This document shows positions 28,327 to 38,241 of a stretch of 64,000 nt of DNA, piece by piece. Source of the stretch: a virus. The stretch's first letter is position 1, and every line of letters begins with the position of its first letter. Where the stretch lies: IMG/VR virus record IMGVR_UViG_3300009128_000002; one strand, given 5' to 3'. Under the pieces are notes generated by a model. It searched no databases. It was not told the origin of the DNA and saw only the letters and a list, made by a program, of their open reading frames with translations. The translations under genes were made by a program, and so were the position numbers.

Positions 28327-28723
28327 TGTATATGATTGGTCACTTGATAAAATGTTGGAAGTGTCATTTGAACATGATGATGACTTTCTTAAAATAAAAG
28401 AAACATTAACACGTATTGGTGTTGCATCTAATAAAAATAAGGTGTTATTTCAGACTGCACATATTCTACATAAACGTGGCAGATATTATATAGTACATTT
28501 TAAAGAGTTGTTTGCTTTAGATGGAAAAACTTCTTCTATTGAAAGTGTTGATATTGAAAGAAGAAATTCTATTGTGAAATTGCTTGTTGAGTGGAATTTA
28601 TTGACTGTTGTTAACGAAGAACAATTAGAACCAATGGGACACGTTGGACAGTTTAAAGTGATATCGTTTAAAGATAAACGAAATTGGGAGTTGGTGCCCA
28701 AATATACTATTGGTACAAGATAA
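28295..28723 (+). CDS. regA: Translational repressor RegA
   Basis: DDFLKIKETLTRIG and HILHKRGRYYIVHFKELF motifs. Confidence 0.96.
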   Translation: MMNYQEENTSDVYDWSLDKMLEVSFEHDDDFLKIKETLTRIGVASNKNKVLFQTAHILHKRGRYYIVHFKELFALDGKTSSIESVDIERRNSIVKLLVEWNLLTVVNEEQLEPMGHVGQFKVISFKDKRNWELVPKYTIGTR

Positions 28724-28932
28724 TGAAATACAAACGTTTTTATGATAATTTACAATTTACATCTAAAGACGCCACCCTATCTGATATAATCCTCGCCCTA
28801 CTTGTACTTATGGTATTGACTGTTGTGGCATTCCCACTTATTATAGTATTTGCAGGGTTTGTTTTCCTAACTGCTATATACATTATTATTAGTTGTTTAT
28901 TTAGAAGTGTAAATGATAGAAGATATAAATAA
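28723..28932 (+). CDS. Small hydrophobic membrane protein
   Basis: Long hydrophobic stretch; ATG overlaps the regA stop. Confidence 0.5.
   Translation: MKYKRFYDNLQFTSKDATLSDIILALLVLMVLTVVAFPLIIVFAGFVFLTAIYIIISCLFRSVNDRRYK
28924..28931 (+). promoter_or_regulatory. Late promoter TATAAATA
   Basis: Exact consensus upstream of the 28964 ORF, which has an AAGGAG RBS. Confidence 0.65.
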
Positions 28933-28963
28933 TAGTATTGTTTAATTTAATAAGGAGTGGTGT

Positions 28964-29377
28964 ATGGTTTGTACTTCTGCCACGTGTACTTGGATAACAA
29001 CTATTTCACAATTAGCAGTAGCAGTAGTTTTTGTGTATGCTGGATTAGTTGTAAATAGTCATATGGAATCATGGACAGAATCCTTCAAGCAAGGACAAGA
29101 AGATTTACATTCTATTAGAGAAAATATGAATACAATTGCTTATTCAATGGAGTCTATTAACCAAGATATGGACGCAATGAATAATACAACAAACAAAATG
29201 AAAACACATATGGGAAGTATGGATTCTTCTGGTATTACTATGAGTAAAGATATGAAAGATTTAAGAAACGACATTGTTATTATGAACGAACAGATATGGA
29301 GAATGAATGGTTCTGTAGGTAATATGTCGGATAAATTCAGCCCTGCTGGGATGATGAGAAGTTTTATGCCCTTTTAG
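28964..29377 (+). CDS. Met-rich coiled-coil protein with N-terminal membrane anchor
   Basis: TM helix followed by heptad Met repeats. Confidence 0.6.
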   Translation: MVCTSATCTWITTISQLAVAVVFVYAGLVVNSHMESWTESFKQGQEDLHSIRENMNTIAYSMESINQDMDAMNNTTNKMKTHMGSMDSSGITMSKDMKDLRNDIVIMNEQIWRMNGSVGNMSDKFSPAGMMRSFMPF

Positions 29378-29386
29378 GAGAAATAT

Positions 29387-30097
29387 ATGGCAGATTCAGA
29401 AAATGGACAATTTGATATAGATGATGATTTTGAATGGGGGTTCTCGTTTTCGGATAATGATGACGGTGATACAGATGTCGTCGCACAAAAAACGTCAGAG
29501 GCAGTAAGTGCCGATTTAGGTCCAATTACGGCAAAATTAGATGCTATTCTTGCTTTAATACCAACAGATGGTATTGAGAATTCAGAAACAGTAGATGTTG
29601 ATTTGAGTGGTCTTGATAATAAACTAGACCAAATTTTAGCATTAGAAAAAGTTGATGCTTTGACTGCTGGTGATATGCCAGATTTAACACCATTGGAAGA
29701 AAAGGTTGATGAGTTACTATCAAGGGAAACAACCGTTAATGCACCAAGTGTTGATATTGATTTGTCAGAAATCACAGATAAACTTGAAACTATTGAAACA
29801 CAAGTAGGAGAAGTTCGTGAGTTGGATTTTGACGGAAGTGGTAGCGTTGATTTTGGTGACGTTAATAACAATCTTGCTGATTTGTTGGCAAGACAAGAAC
29901 AAGTTGAAGAAGACCTTGAAGCAAAGAAACAAGAGTTTGAAGATTTTAAGGCAAATAAACTTAAAGCATTGGAAAAATTAATCATTCCATTGTTGAAGAA
30001 CTTGAAGAGTAATCCAGACAAAGCATATATTCATTGGCCAAATCGTTCTGGTGTATTAGATGCTCAAATTGCTAAGATTTTAGGAATTACTAGGTAA
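29387..30097 (+). CDS. Acidic repeat protein with a conserved-looking PLLKNLKSNPDKAYIHWPNR C-terminus
   Basis: Five DLxx[LI]xxK[LV]Dx[IL]L-type repeats; AGGAG RBS. Confidence 0.65.
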   Translation: MADSENGQFDIDDDFEWGFSFSDNDDGDTDVVAQKTSEAVSADLGPITAKLDAILALIPTDGIENSETVDVDLSGLDNKLDQILALEKVDALTAGDMPDLTPLEEKVDELLSRETTVNAPSVDIDLSEITDKLETIETQVGEVRELDFDGSGSVDFGDVNNNLADLLARQEQVEEDLEAKKQEFEDFKANKLKALEKLIIPLLKNLKSNPDKAYIHWPNRSGVLDAQIAKILGITR

Positions 30098-30519
30098 TGT
30101 TTGAGTATAATGCGAAAGTCAAGCGTGTTGTTGATGGTGATACTTTGGACGCTTATATCGACCTCGGTTTTGATGTATGGATACAAAAACGAATTAGACT
30201 CATGGGTATTGATACCCCAGAGTCGAGGACTAGGGACAAGGTAGAAAAACGTTATGGTAAAGGTGCTAAACATAGACTTGTTGAAATACTAGAATACAAC
30301 GATAATAAGTTTACTATTAAATCACACGGCACAGGTAAGTTTGGACGAGTTCTTGGTGAAATGTTAATTGGTGATTTGAACATCAATGAACAAATGATTA
30401 AAGAAGGACACGCAGTGGCATACTTTGGTGGTTCAAAACAAGAAGTCAAAGATGCTCTTATGGAAGCACGTGATCTATCAACTGAATATGTTTTCAAACA
30501 TATACCCGAAATAAAATAA
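30097..30519 (+). CDS. Thermonuclease (SNase-like) family protein
   Basis: RVVDGDT, RIRLMGIDTPE and GKFGRVLG motifs. Confidence 0.88.
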   Translation: MFEYNAKVKRVVDGDTLDAYIDLGFDVWIQKRIRLMGIDTPESRTRDKVEKRYGKGAKHRLVEILEYNDNKFTIKSHGTGKFGRVLGEMLIGDLNINEQMIKEGHAVAYFGGSKQEVKDALMEARDLSTEYVFKHIPEIK

Positions 30520-30532
30520 ATCAAATAAAAAC

Positions 30533-30561
30533 TTGACTATTCATTTTTGTTATGGTATAAT
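30533..30561 (+). promoter_or_regulatory. Sigma70-type promoter
   Basis: TTGACT-N17-TATAAT with TG. Confidence 0.8.
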
Positions 30562-30591
30562 ATACATTAAATACCACAATAAAGGAAGAAT

Positions 30592-31191
30592 ATGAAAGAT
30601 ACGGTTGTATTAGATTTAGAAACCCTTGGTAGTTTAAATAATTCTGTAATTTTATCTGTTGGTATGGTCGCTGTAGATTCTGCTGAGGATTATGAGTTTG
30701 CAGATTTAATAAAACACGGTTTTTATGCAAAACTTGATGTTGCTAGTCAAGTAAAAGATGGACGCAAAATATACAAAGATACTTTGGATTGGTGGGAAAA
30801 ACAAGGCCCCGACGCTCAACGAATTCTAAAACCACTTAAAACTGATATGCATTGGAGTAAGTTAATGCCTGCAATGTTTAATTGGTTTAAAAAAGAGGGT
30901 ATCGATTTCGATAAAGCAAAATTCTATTCTAGAGGAAGTCATTTTGACTTTGCTTTATTACACGACTTATTCCGTATTACTGGTGATGCAGGTGCAATGG
31001 AAATACCGTGGAGGTATTGGAATATACACGACTCAAAAACAGTGGTAGAAACACTTTTAGGACATGATGTTGATGTAAATCCTAAAGGGTTTATTCACCA
31101 CGATTGCCTACACGATGCTGCCCGTGAATATCTTAAAATGGAATTAGCAATTTACCAATTTCAACAAACACTTGAGGATAAGAATGATTGA
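30592..31191 (+). CDS. dexA: DEDDh 3'-5' exonuclease, DexA-like
   Basis: LDLETLG, TLDWW, RGSHFD and HDCLHDAA motifs. Confidence 0.8.
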   Translation: MKDTVVLDLETLGSLNNSVILSVGMVAVDSAEDYEFADLIKHGFYAKLDVASQVKDGRKIYKDTLDWWEKQGPDAQRILKPLKTDMHWSKLMPAMFNWFKKEGIDFDKAKFYSRGSHFDFALLHDLFRITGDAGAMEIPWRYWNIHDSKTVVETLLGHDVDVNPKGFIHHDCLHDAAREYLKMELAIYQFQQTLEDKND

Positions 31192-31477
31192 TTTAGATGA
31201 GAATTTTGATGATTATGAAGATGCAAGGTTTTATGATGTTTCTTTATGTTTTGACTGGTTAGATTTAGATAACTGTGTTACCTTTGAAATGGTTTCAGAT
31301 GGCCCTGTTGAAGATAAAATTTCATTAGTGGAATCTATACTTGAGGGTTATGGGGGCATCGCAGAGATGGATGATGGTACTATAATTAATCTTAAAAGGT
31401 TTTTAAATGCATATGTTATTGAAAGAGAAGAAGGTAAAAATACAAAGGTCAAGACAAAATTTAATATAGTACATTAA
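31184..31477 (+). CDS. Hypothetical acidic protein
   Basis: ORF with a GAGG RBS upstream of ATG 31184. Confidence 0.55.
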   Translation: MIDLDENFDDYEDARFYDVSLCFDWLDLDNCVTFEMVSDGPVEDKISLVESILEGYGGIAEMDDGTIINLKRFLNAYVIEREEGKNTKVKTKFNIVH

Positions 31478-31478
31478 T

Positions 31479-32102
31479 ATGAATGATTTGAAATTGAAAG
31501 ACTTTGTTAAGATATACGATAATGTCGTACCACTGAATTTATGTGACACAATAATAAAAGAATTTAAAAATCAATCAGAACACCATATTATGAGTAAAGT
31601 TGGTGACAGTGAAGAATTTAATGATTACCGACAAGCAATAGAAATGAATTGTTCTGTTGTCGCTGATAATGATGATAAATGGAAAATGATTCTGCACTCA
31701 TTAAATAGTATGGTTATGGGGTATTTGCGAAGATACAAATACGATATGAGTTTATTGGGTGTTCCTGATATTTCTATTCCAGACAGTAATATTTTTGAAG
31801 AATGGAGAATGCACCAATACGACAAAGAAAAGCATTTTTATAAAAAACACGTAGATTCACACGATAGTAATTCTTCTAATAGAATGTTGGCATTTTTATT
31901 CTATCCTAACACAGTGGAAGAAGGTGGTGAAACTGCCTTTACAGACCACCTTGAAGGAATAGAATGTAAACCAGTTGCAGGTAGATTATTAATATTTCCT
32001 ACTTGGTTTGGTTATCCACATGAAGCAAAACCTGTTATAGAAGGTACGAAATATATGATTAAAACGTTTGTTCATTATCCTGGCGAATTGGAAAATGTAT
32101 AG
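31479..32102 (+). CDS. 2OG-Fe(II) oxygenase
   Basis: HVD...YxNxxxxGGET.F...G.LLIFP...H...PV..G.KY pattern. Confidence 0.9.
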   Translation: MNDLKLKDFVKIYDNVVPLNLCDTIIKEFKNQSEHHIMSKVGDSEEFNDYRQAIEMNCSVVADNDDKWKMILHSLNSMVMGYLRRYKYDMSLLGVPDISIPDSNIFEEWRMHQYDKEKHFYKKHVDSHDSNSSNRMLAFLFYPNTVEEGGETAFTDHLEGIECKPVAGRLLIFPTWFGYPHEAKPVIEGTKYMIKTFVHYPGELENV

Positions 32103-32421
32103 ATTAACAAGCACTACATTTAAGTGTAGTCAATGCGAAGAAATGTGGACTATGTATTCTGATACAACTCCAAATAGTCCTTGGTGTCCATTTTGTGGAT
32201 ATTCAGAAAACGAATTAAAAGATAAAAGTATTAAAGAAGAAAATAAGAAAGATGAAGTTGAAGAAATAGAAACCACAAAAGAATTCATTGTTAAGAAAGA
32301 GCAACAGAGATGGTCTGAAGATAGAATGACAGAGAAAATGTGCTCAGATGGTGGTTGGTGGAATCCCTTAACGAAGCAGTGTATGGGTGAAGGAAATGGT
32401 TTTATGAAAGAGGAAGAATAA
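32095..32421 (+). CDS. Zn-ribbon hypothetical protein
   Basis: CSQC...CPFCG; ATG 32095 preferred. Confidence 0.55.
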   Translation: MYRLTSTTFKCSQCEEMWTMYSDTTPNSPWCPFCGYSENELKDKSIKEENKKDEVEEIETTKEFIVKKEQQRWSEDRMTEKMCSDGGWWNPLTKQCMGEGNGFMKEEE

Positions 32422-32425
32422 AAAT

Positions 32426-34924
32426 ATGGCATTTTATACATCAGTAAATGTATTAGGAAATAAAGTTTTAAGTAGGGGTATTAATGATGATGGGAGTGAT
32501 TTCATCCGTAGGGTTGATTTTAAACCAACTATGTTTGTGCCAGGAAAGACAGGTGATACAAAATATACCACATTAGAGGGTGAAAAGGTTTACCCAATAA
32601 AACCAGGCACTATTAAAGAAACACGTGACTTTATTAAACAATATAATGATGTTGGTGGGTTTAATGTATATGGTATTGAGCATTTTGATTTACAGTTCAT
32701 TTATGAAAATTGGCAAGGTGATGTTGAATTTGACCCAACATTAGTTAGGGTATATAATATTGATATTGAGGTTGAATCTGATAAAGGTTTCCCACACCCA
32801 GATAAGGCAGAAAGTATTATTAATGCTATTACAGTATATGATAATATTAAAGATACTTATTTCACGTGGGGTTTAGAACCGTGGGAATACGGACACGAAT
32901 TTACTGAAGATGAAATAAAGGTTGTGTACACACAACACGATTGTGAAGAAGATTTACTGAAATCATTCTTAGATTTTTGGGAACTTACACCACCACATAT
33001 TGTGACTGGTTGGAACGTTGAAGGTTTTGATATACCGTATATTATTAATAGATATGCACGTATCTTTGGTGTAGCAGAAACTAAAAGGTTTTCCCCTTTT
33101 GGGTGGATTAAGGAACGTAAATTAACATCAAATTTCGGTAAGGAATATGTTGTATATGACATGTTTGGTGTGCAGGTAGTGGACTATATGAAATTGTATA
33201 AAAAGTTCACATATAAGATGCAGGAGTCATATAAACTAGATTGGATTGGACACGTAGAACTTGGTGAAAAGAAGTTATCATATGAAGAAGAGGGTTCATT
33301 GCTTCAACTTTCAAGGGTTAATTATCAAAAGTTTATTGACTACAATATTAAAGACGTAGAACTTGTTAAACGTTTAGATGAAAAAATGAAATTGATGGAT
33401 CTTTTGTTAACTATGAGTTATGATGCGAAGATTAATTATCAAGATGTGTTTGGTACTGTAAAGCAGTGGGATTCTATTATTCATGATTATTTACGTAGAC
33501 AACATATTGTTGCACCACCAAAACAACAAACATCAAAGAATGAAAAGTATGAAGGTGCATATGTTAAATCGCCAATTTTAGGGAAACATAGTTGGATTGT
33601 ATCTTTCGACTTAAACAGTCTATATCCACACCTTATTATGCAATACAACATTTCACCTGAAACTATTGCTGGGTATAAGTCTGGTGTTAACGTTAATTCA
33701 TTATTAAACCGTTCGGTACAATTAGGTGATTTGAAGGACGAAAACCTGACAGTTGCACCGAACGGTACAATGTATCGTAGGGATAAGAGAGGTTTCTTGC
33801 CCGAGTTAATGGAAAAGATTTACAAGGAACGTAAAGTTTTTAAGGGTAAAATGCTTGACGCACAACAACGTAAAGAAAATGGTGAAGATACTACGAATGA
33901 AATATCTAAGTATAATAACATTCAAATGGCCCGTAAAATTCAATTGAACTCTGCCTATGGTGCAATTGGTAATCAATGGTTTCGTTACTACGATCTACGT
34001 AATGCTGAAGCAATTACAACAGGTGGACAATTATCTATTCGATGGATTGAAAAGAAGTTGAATGAATTTTTAAATAATATTTGTAAAACCACTGATTATG
34101 ATTATGTGGTTGCTATTGATACAGATTCTGTTTATTTGCGTTTGGAAAATGTTGTAAATGGTGCATTTGCAGGTAAAGAACAAATAAAAGAAAAGGTTGT
34201 AGATTTTCTTGATACTATTGCAGAGAAAACTATTGAACCTTTTATTGATAAGTCGTATGAGGAACTTGGTGATTATGTAAATGCATATGAACAAAAAATG
34301 CAAATGGGACGAGAAGCAATTAGTGATAGTGGTATTTGGACTGCTAAGAAACGTTATGCATTAAACGTCTATGATAATGAAGGTGTACGTTATGCAGAAC
34401 CTAAAATGAAAGTAATGGGACTTGAAATTGTTAAATCATCAACGCCTGCAAACGTCCGTGGTAAATTAAAAGAAGCAGTTGGTATTATGTTGACTGGAAG
34501 TGAAAGACAGTTAAAAGATTTAGTGCATAAATATAAAGGTGAATTTAATTCTTTAAGTGTTGAGGATATTTCATTTCCACGTGGTATAAATGAATTTACT
34601 AAATATAAGAATAGAGATAAAAGTGTACCAATTCATGTTAAAGGTGCTAAGTTGTTTAATAAACTTAAAAAACAACACGGTATTAATAATATTGAAGATA
34701 TAACAGATGGTACTAAAATTAAATTCATTTACTTGAAAGTACCAAACCCACATACACAAAATGTTATTTCATTTGTTAGTGGTATCCCGCCAGAATTTGG
34801 TTTAGGAAGGTGGATTGATTATGATACACAATTTTATAAGTCTTTTATAAAACCATTAGAAGGTATCTTAGAACCTATTGGTTGGGATTGGGAAGAAAAG
34901 AGTACATTAGATTCATTTTTTTAG
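32426..34924 (+). CDS. gp43: Family B DNA polymerase gp43
   Basis: DIEV (ExoI), SFDLNSLYP, KIQLNSAYG, IDTDS and KKRY motifs. Confidence 0.98.
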   Translation: MAFYTSVNVLGNKVLSRGINDDGSDFIRRVDFKPTMFVPGKTGDTKYTTLEGEKVYPIKPGTIKETRDFIKQYNDVGGFNVYGIEHFDLQFIYENWQGDVEFDPTLVRVYNIDIEVESDKGFPHPDKAESIINAITVYDNIKDTYFTWGLEPWEYGHEFTEDEIKVVYTQHDCEEDLLKSFLDFWELTPPHIVTGWNVEGFDIPYIINRYARIFGVAETKRFSPFGWIKERKLTSNFGKEYVVYDMFGVQVVDYMKLYKKFTYKMQESYKLDWIGHVELGEKKLSYEEEGSLLQLSRVNYQKFIDYNIKDVELVKRLDEKMKLMDLLLTMSYDAKINYQDVFGTVKQWDSIIHDYLRRQHIVAPPKQQTSKNEKYEGAYVKSPILGKHSWIVSFDLNSLYPHLIMQYNISPETIAGYKSGVNVNSLLNRSVQLGDLKDENLTVAPNGTMYRRDKRGFLPELMEKIYKERKVFKGKMLDAQQRKENGEDTTNEISKYNNIQMARKIQLNSAYGAIGNQWFRYYDLRNAEAITTGGQLSIRWIEKKLNEFLNNICKTTDYDYVVAIDTDSVYLRLENVVNGAFAGKEQIKEKVVDFLDTIAEKTIEPFIDKSYEELGDYVNAYEQKMQMGREAISDSGIWTAKKRYALNVYDNEGVRYAEPKMKVMGLEIVKSSTPANVRGKLKEAVGIMLTGSERQLKDLVHKYKGEFNSLSVEDISFPRGINEFTKYKNRDKSVPIHVKGAKLFNKLKKQHGINNIEDITDGTKIKFIYLKVPNPHTQNVISFVSGIPPEFGLGRWIDYDTQFYKSFIKPLEGILEPIGWDWEEKSTLDSFF

Positions 34925-34933
34925 AGAAATAAT

Positions 34934-35380
34934 ATGCCAAAAATTAACGTAGAAGATATTGCAAACGAAAGTCAAGGGAAAGACTTTTCTGAGTTTGTCG
35001 ATAATTTTCAGACTAATATACAAAATCTAGGCGCTAGAAATAAATACTCTTCTATCGAGGGTGATAAGGAATATGTGTTAGATGAAGATGGTTACATAAT
35101 TGGTGATGTTTGGAGTGAAGCAATTGCATCCGAGGTAATGGATTTAAATGGTTTTGTTGCTACAACTAAACGGTTAGAGGTTTTAGTTGAGGGTAGAGCG
35201 ATATATAAGAAGGCGTCTTTACCTACAGATCATAAAGTTGTTGCAGAAAGTGTTGGTGTAACACCTGCTGATTTTTTGAAAATGTTTCCAAAATATCCTA
35301 TCATTTATTTCACACGTTGGGGTAATATGCGTAAACCTTTTAATCTACAAGAATTGAAAGATAATCCCGTCAAAAGATAG
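34934..35380 (+). CDS. DsrC/TusE-like protein lacking all cysteines
   Basis: YVLDEDGYI..xWSEAIA...R..Y...LxxMFPxxP...RWGNMRKP aligns by eye to DsrC (VDEEGYL..WxxxVA...LYxLFPxGPAKQACRxAGLPKP). Confidence 0.7.
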   Translation: MPKINVEDIANESQGKDFSEFVDNFQTNIQNLGARNKYSSIEGDKEYVLDEDGYIIGDVWSEAIASEVMDLNGFVATTKRLEVLVEGRAIYKKASLPTDHKVVAESVGVTPADFLKMFPKYPIIYFTRWGNMRKPFNLQELKDNPVKR

Positions 35381-35389
35381 TAATCTTTC

Positions 35390-35418
35390 TTGCATTCTGC
35401 ATCTTTTTGTGTTATAAT
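35390..35418 (+). promoter_or_regulatory. Sigma70-type promoter for uvsX
   Basis: TTGCAT-N17-TATAAT with TG. Confidence 0.65.
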
Positions 35419-35457
35419 ATAACACATATTACAAATTACAAATCGGAGAAATATATT

Positions 35458-36501
35458 ATGAGTGACTTATTGACACGTCTGAAGAAATCAGGTACAATTA
35501 AATCAACCCAATTATCAAAATCTGCATTATTTAATGCCAAGGATGTTATTCCAACAAGTGTACCAATGATCAACGTAGCGTTGAGTGGTGATGTTAAAGG
35601 TGGTATTACTTCTGGACTAACAGTTCTTGCAGGACCATCTAAACACTTTAAGACTGCATTTGGTCTTGTAATGATGAAAGCATACCTTGATAAGTATCCT
35701 GAAGCAATCGCATTATTCTATGATTCAGAGTTTGGTACACCACAAGGATATTTTGAGTCACTTAATATTGATACTGATAGGGTATTACACGTTCCTATTA
35801 AAAATATTGAAGAGTTGAAGTTTGATATTGTTAACCAATTAGAAGAAATGGATAATAGTGATAACGTTTATATTATGATTGATTCTATTGGTAACCTTGC
35901 ATCTAAGAAAGAAATGGATGATGCGAAAGACCAAAAATCTGTTGCTGATATGACAAGAGCAAAACAGTTGAAATCTTTATTTAGAATGGTTACACCATAT
36001 CTAACGTTAAAGGATATTCCTTTAATTGCAATTAACCACACTTATCAAACACAAGAAATGTTTTCTAAACAAGTTGTATCGGGTGGTACTGGTGTTATGT
36101 ATTCTGCTGATAATGTTTGGATTATTGGACGTAGACAAAATAAAAAGGGAACAGAAATTGAAGGTTATGACTTTATTATTAATGTTGAGAAATCACGTTT
36201 TGTAAAGGAAAAGTCTAAAATTCCTGTATCCGTAACGTGGGAAGGTGGTATTAAAAGGTGGTCTGGTTTACTTGAAGTTGCTGTTGAAGGTGGGTTTGTA
36301 GTTAAACCGTCTAATGGTTGGTACTCTAAAGTTGATATTGAAACTGGTGAAGTCGAAGATAAGAAAGTACGTGTTGTAGAAACTGAAAAAGGTGAATTTT
36401 GGGAAGATATTTTAGAAAATGAAAAGTTCCAAAAATATGTAACAACTAAGTTTGCAATTGGACAAGGAAATTTAATTACTACTGGAGATGAGGATGAGTA
36501 A
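35458..36501 (+). CDS. uvsX: RecA-like recombinase UvsX
   Basis: AGPSKHFKT, YDSEFG, DSIGNLAS and DMTRAK motifs; ATG 35458 follows a GGAG RBS. Confidence 0.96.
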   Translation: MSDLLTRLKKSGTIKSTQLSKSALFNAKDVIPTSVPMINVALSGDVKGGITSGLTVLAGPSKHFKTAFGLVMMKAYLDKYPEAIALFYDSEFGTPQGYFESLNIDTDRVLHVPIKNIEELKFDIVNQLEEMDNSDNVYIMIDSIGNLASKKEMDDAKDQKSVADMTRAKQLKSLFRMVTPYLTLKDIPLIAINHTYQTQEMFSKQVVSGGTGVMYSADNVWIIGRRQNKKGTEIEGYDFIINVEKSRFVKEKSKIPVSVTWEGGIKRWSGLLEVAVEGGFVVKPSNGWYSKVDIETGEVEDKKVRVVETEKGEFWEDILENEKFQKYVTTKFAIGQGNLITTGDEDE

Positions 36502-36655
36502 AAAGACTGCTAGAAGATATACATTAAGTGATGCAGATTTAGAAGAAAAGAAACGTGCAGAAAAGATTTGCGAAGAAAAGGGTTGGGGGTATTGGACATA
36601 TAATCTACCAACACGGGCGCAGAAACGTACAGATACAGGAGAGATAGTTGGATAA
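36494..36655 (+). CDS. Small hypothetical protein (53 aa; not in the ORF track)
   Basis: Own translation MSKKTARRYTLSDADLEEKK...; overlaps the uvsX stop; GGAG RBS. Confidence 0.45.
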   Translation: MSKKTARRYTLSDADLEEKKRAEKICEEKGWGYWTYNLPTRAQKRTDTGEIVG

Positions 36656-36860
36656 TGAATTATTTTATATACGTACTAAAGATGGTACTGAAATTGCCAT
36701 CTTTGATTTAGGTTTGGTTGGTAATAATATATCATATAGTTACAATGCAGTTGAAGAAAACATTGATGTTTCAAGTTACGATGTTGAAATTAATGAAATA
36801 CTTTCAAGTTTAATAACTAAAGAAATACTTAATAACTCGGGGTGTCCTTTTGTCGATTGA
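36648..36860 (+). CDS. Hypothetical protein at the T4 gp40 position
   Basis: Lies between uvsX and gp41; positional assignment only. Confidence 0.4.
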   Translation: MDNELFYIRTKDGTEIAIFDLGLVGNNISYSYNAVEENIDVSSYDVEINEILSSLITKEILNNSGCPFVD

Positions 36861-38241
36861 AAATACAATTCTATCCAATTTAATATATAATGAAGACTAT
36901 GCAAGAAAAGTAATTGTTTTTTTAAAGGACGATTACTTTCAAACAAATAGTGATAAAATTGTATTTAATGAGATACAAAGATTTTACGCTAAATATAATG
37001 CAGTACCAACTAAAGAAGCACTTACAATTTCTGTTGATGAACGTAACGATTTATCTTCTAATGCGTATGATGAAACGTCTGCTTTAGTAAATTCACTTTC
37101 TAAAGAAGAAACTAACGAAGATTGGTTGCTTGATGAAACTGAGAAGTTTTGTAAAGATAAAGCCGTTTATAATGCTATTATGGAGTCAATTAATATTATT
37201 GACGACGAAGATAGTAAACAATCTGAAGGGTCTATTCCTGAATTATTATCAAATGCACTTGCAGTTTCTTTTGATACACATATTGGACATGATTTCCTTG
37301 ACAATGCAGAAGAACGATTTGAGTTTTATCAACGTAAAGAGGAACGTATTCCGTTTGATATTGAATATCTAAACAAGATTACTAAAGGTGGTATTCCACG
37401 TAAAACATTGAACATTTTAATGGCGGGAACTGGTGTTGGTAAAACAATCGGTATGTGTCATATGGCGGCATCAAATTTAACACTTGGTAAAAATGTATTA
37501 TACATTACTGCTGAAATGGCAGAGGAACGTATTGCTGAACGTATTGATGCTAACCTAATGGATGTTGAAGTTGATAGTTTGAAGGATTTGTCATTTGAAC
37601 GCTATTCTAAGAAAATTGAGAATATTCAATCAAAAACTAAAGGTAAGTTAATCGTTAAGGAATACCCTACATCAACTGCCCATGCTGGTCATTTCAGACA
37701 TTTATTAAAAGAATTGGCATTGAAAAAGAACTTTGTACCAGACATCATTTATATTGATTATCTAAACATTTGTGCTTCACAAAGATTAAACGGTTCTAAT
37801 AATGTTAATAGTTATACATATGTTAAAGCAATCGCAGAAGAATTAAGAGGACTTGCTGTTGAATTTAACGTTCCTATTTGGTCTGCTACACAGGTTAATA
37901 GAACAGGTTTTAGTTCATCTGATATGGGTCTTGAAGATACATCTGAATCATTTGGTTTACCTGCTACTGCTGACTTATTCCTTGCCTTAATTGCAACTGA
38001 GGAATTACAAGAATTAAACCAAGTAATGGTTAAACAGTTAAAGAATCGTTATGGTGATGAAAATATGAACAAACGATTTGTTATTGGTATCAACAAAGCA
38101 AAAATGAAGTGGTATGATGTAGAACAAGATGCACAAAAAGACATAATGGGTAATGATGTTGAAGATGATGTGAATCAAAGTGTATTTGCTACAAGTAAAG
38201 GAGAAAAGAAGCAAAAAGCATTCAAGGATTTTAAAGTATGA
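36850..38241 (+). CDS. gp41: Replicative helicase gp41
   Basis: AGTGVGKT, KEYPT, IDYLNIC and SESFGLPATAD motifs; TTG start. Confidence 0.96.
   Translation: MSIENTILSNLIYNEDYARKVIVFLKDDYFQTNSDKIVFNEIQRFYAKYNAVPTKEALTISVDERNDLSSNAYDETSALVNSLSKEETNEDWLLDETEKFCKDKAVYNAIMESINIIDDEDSKQSEGSIPELLSNALAVSFDTHIGHDFLDNAEERFEFYQRKEERIPFDIEYLNKITKGGIPRKTLNILMAGTGVGKTIGMCHMAASNLTLGKNVLYITAEMAEERIAERIDANLMDVEVDSLKDLSFERYSKKIENIQSKTKGKLIVKEYPTSTAHAGHFRHLLKELALKKNFVPDIIYIDYLNICASQRLNGSNNVNSYTYVKAIAEELRGLAVEFNVPIWSATQVNRTGFSSSDMGLEDTSESFGLPATADLFLALIATEELQELNQVMVKQLKNRYGDENMNKRFVIGINKAKMKWYDVEQDAQKDIMGNDVEDDVNQSVFATSKGEKKQKAFKDFKV

Noticed and set aside
5531-38241. Inteins, introns or homing endonucleases in terminase, polymerase, helicase or recombinase
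   Set aside because: The ORFs have ordinary lengths with contiguous motifs, and no LAGLIDADG, HNH or GIY-YIG ORF was recognised
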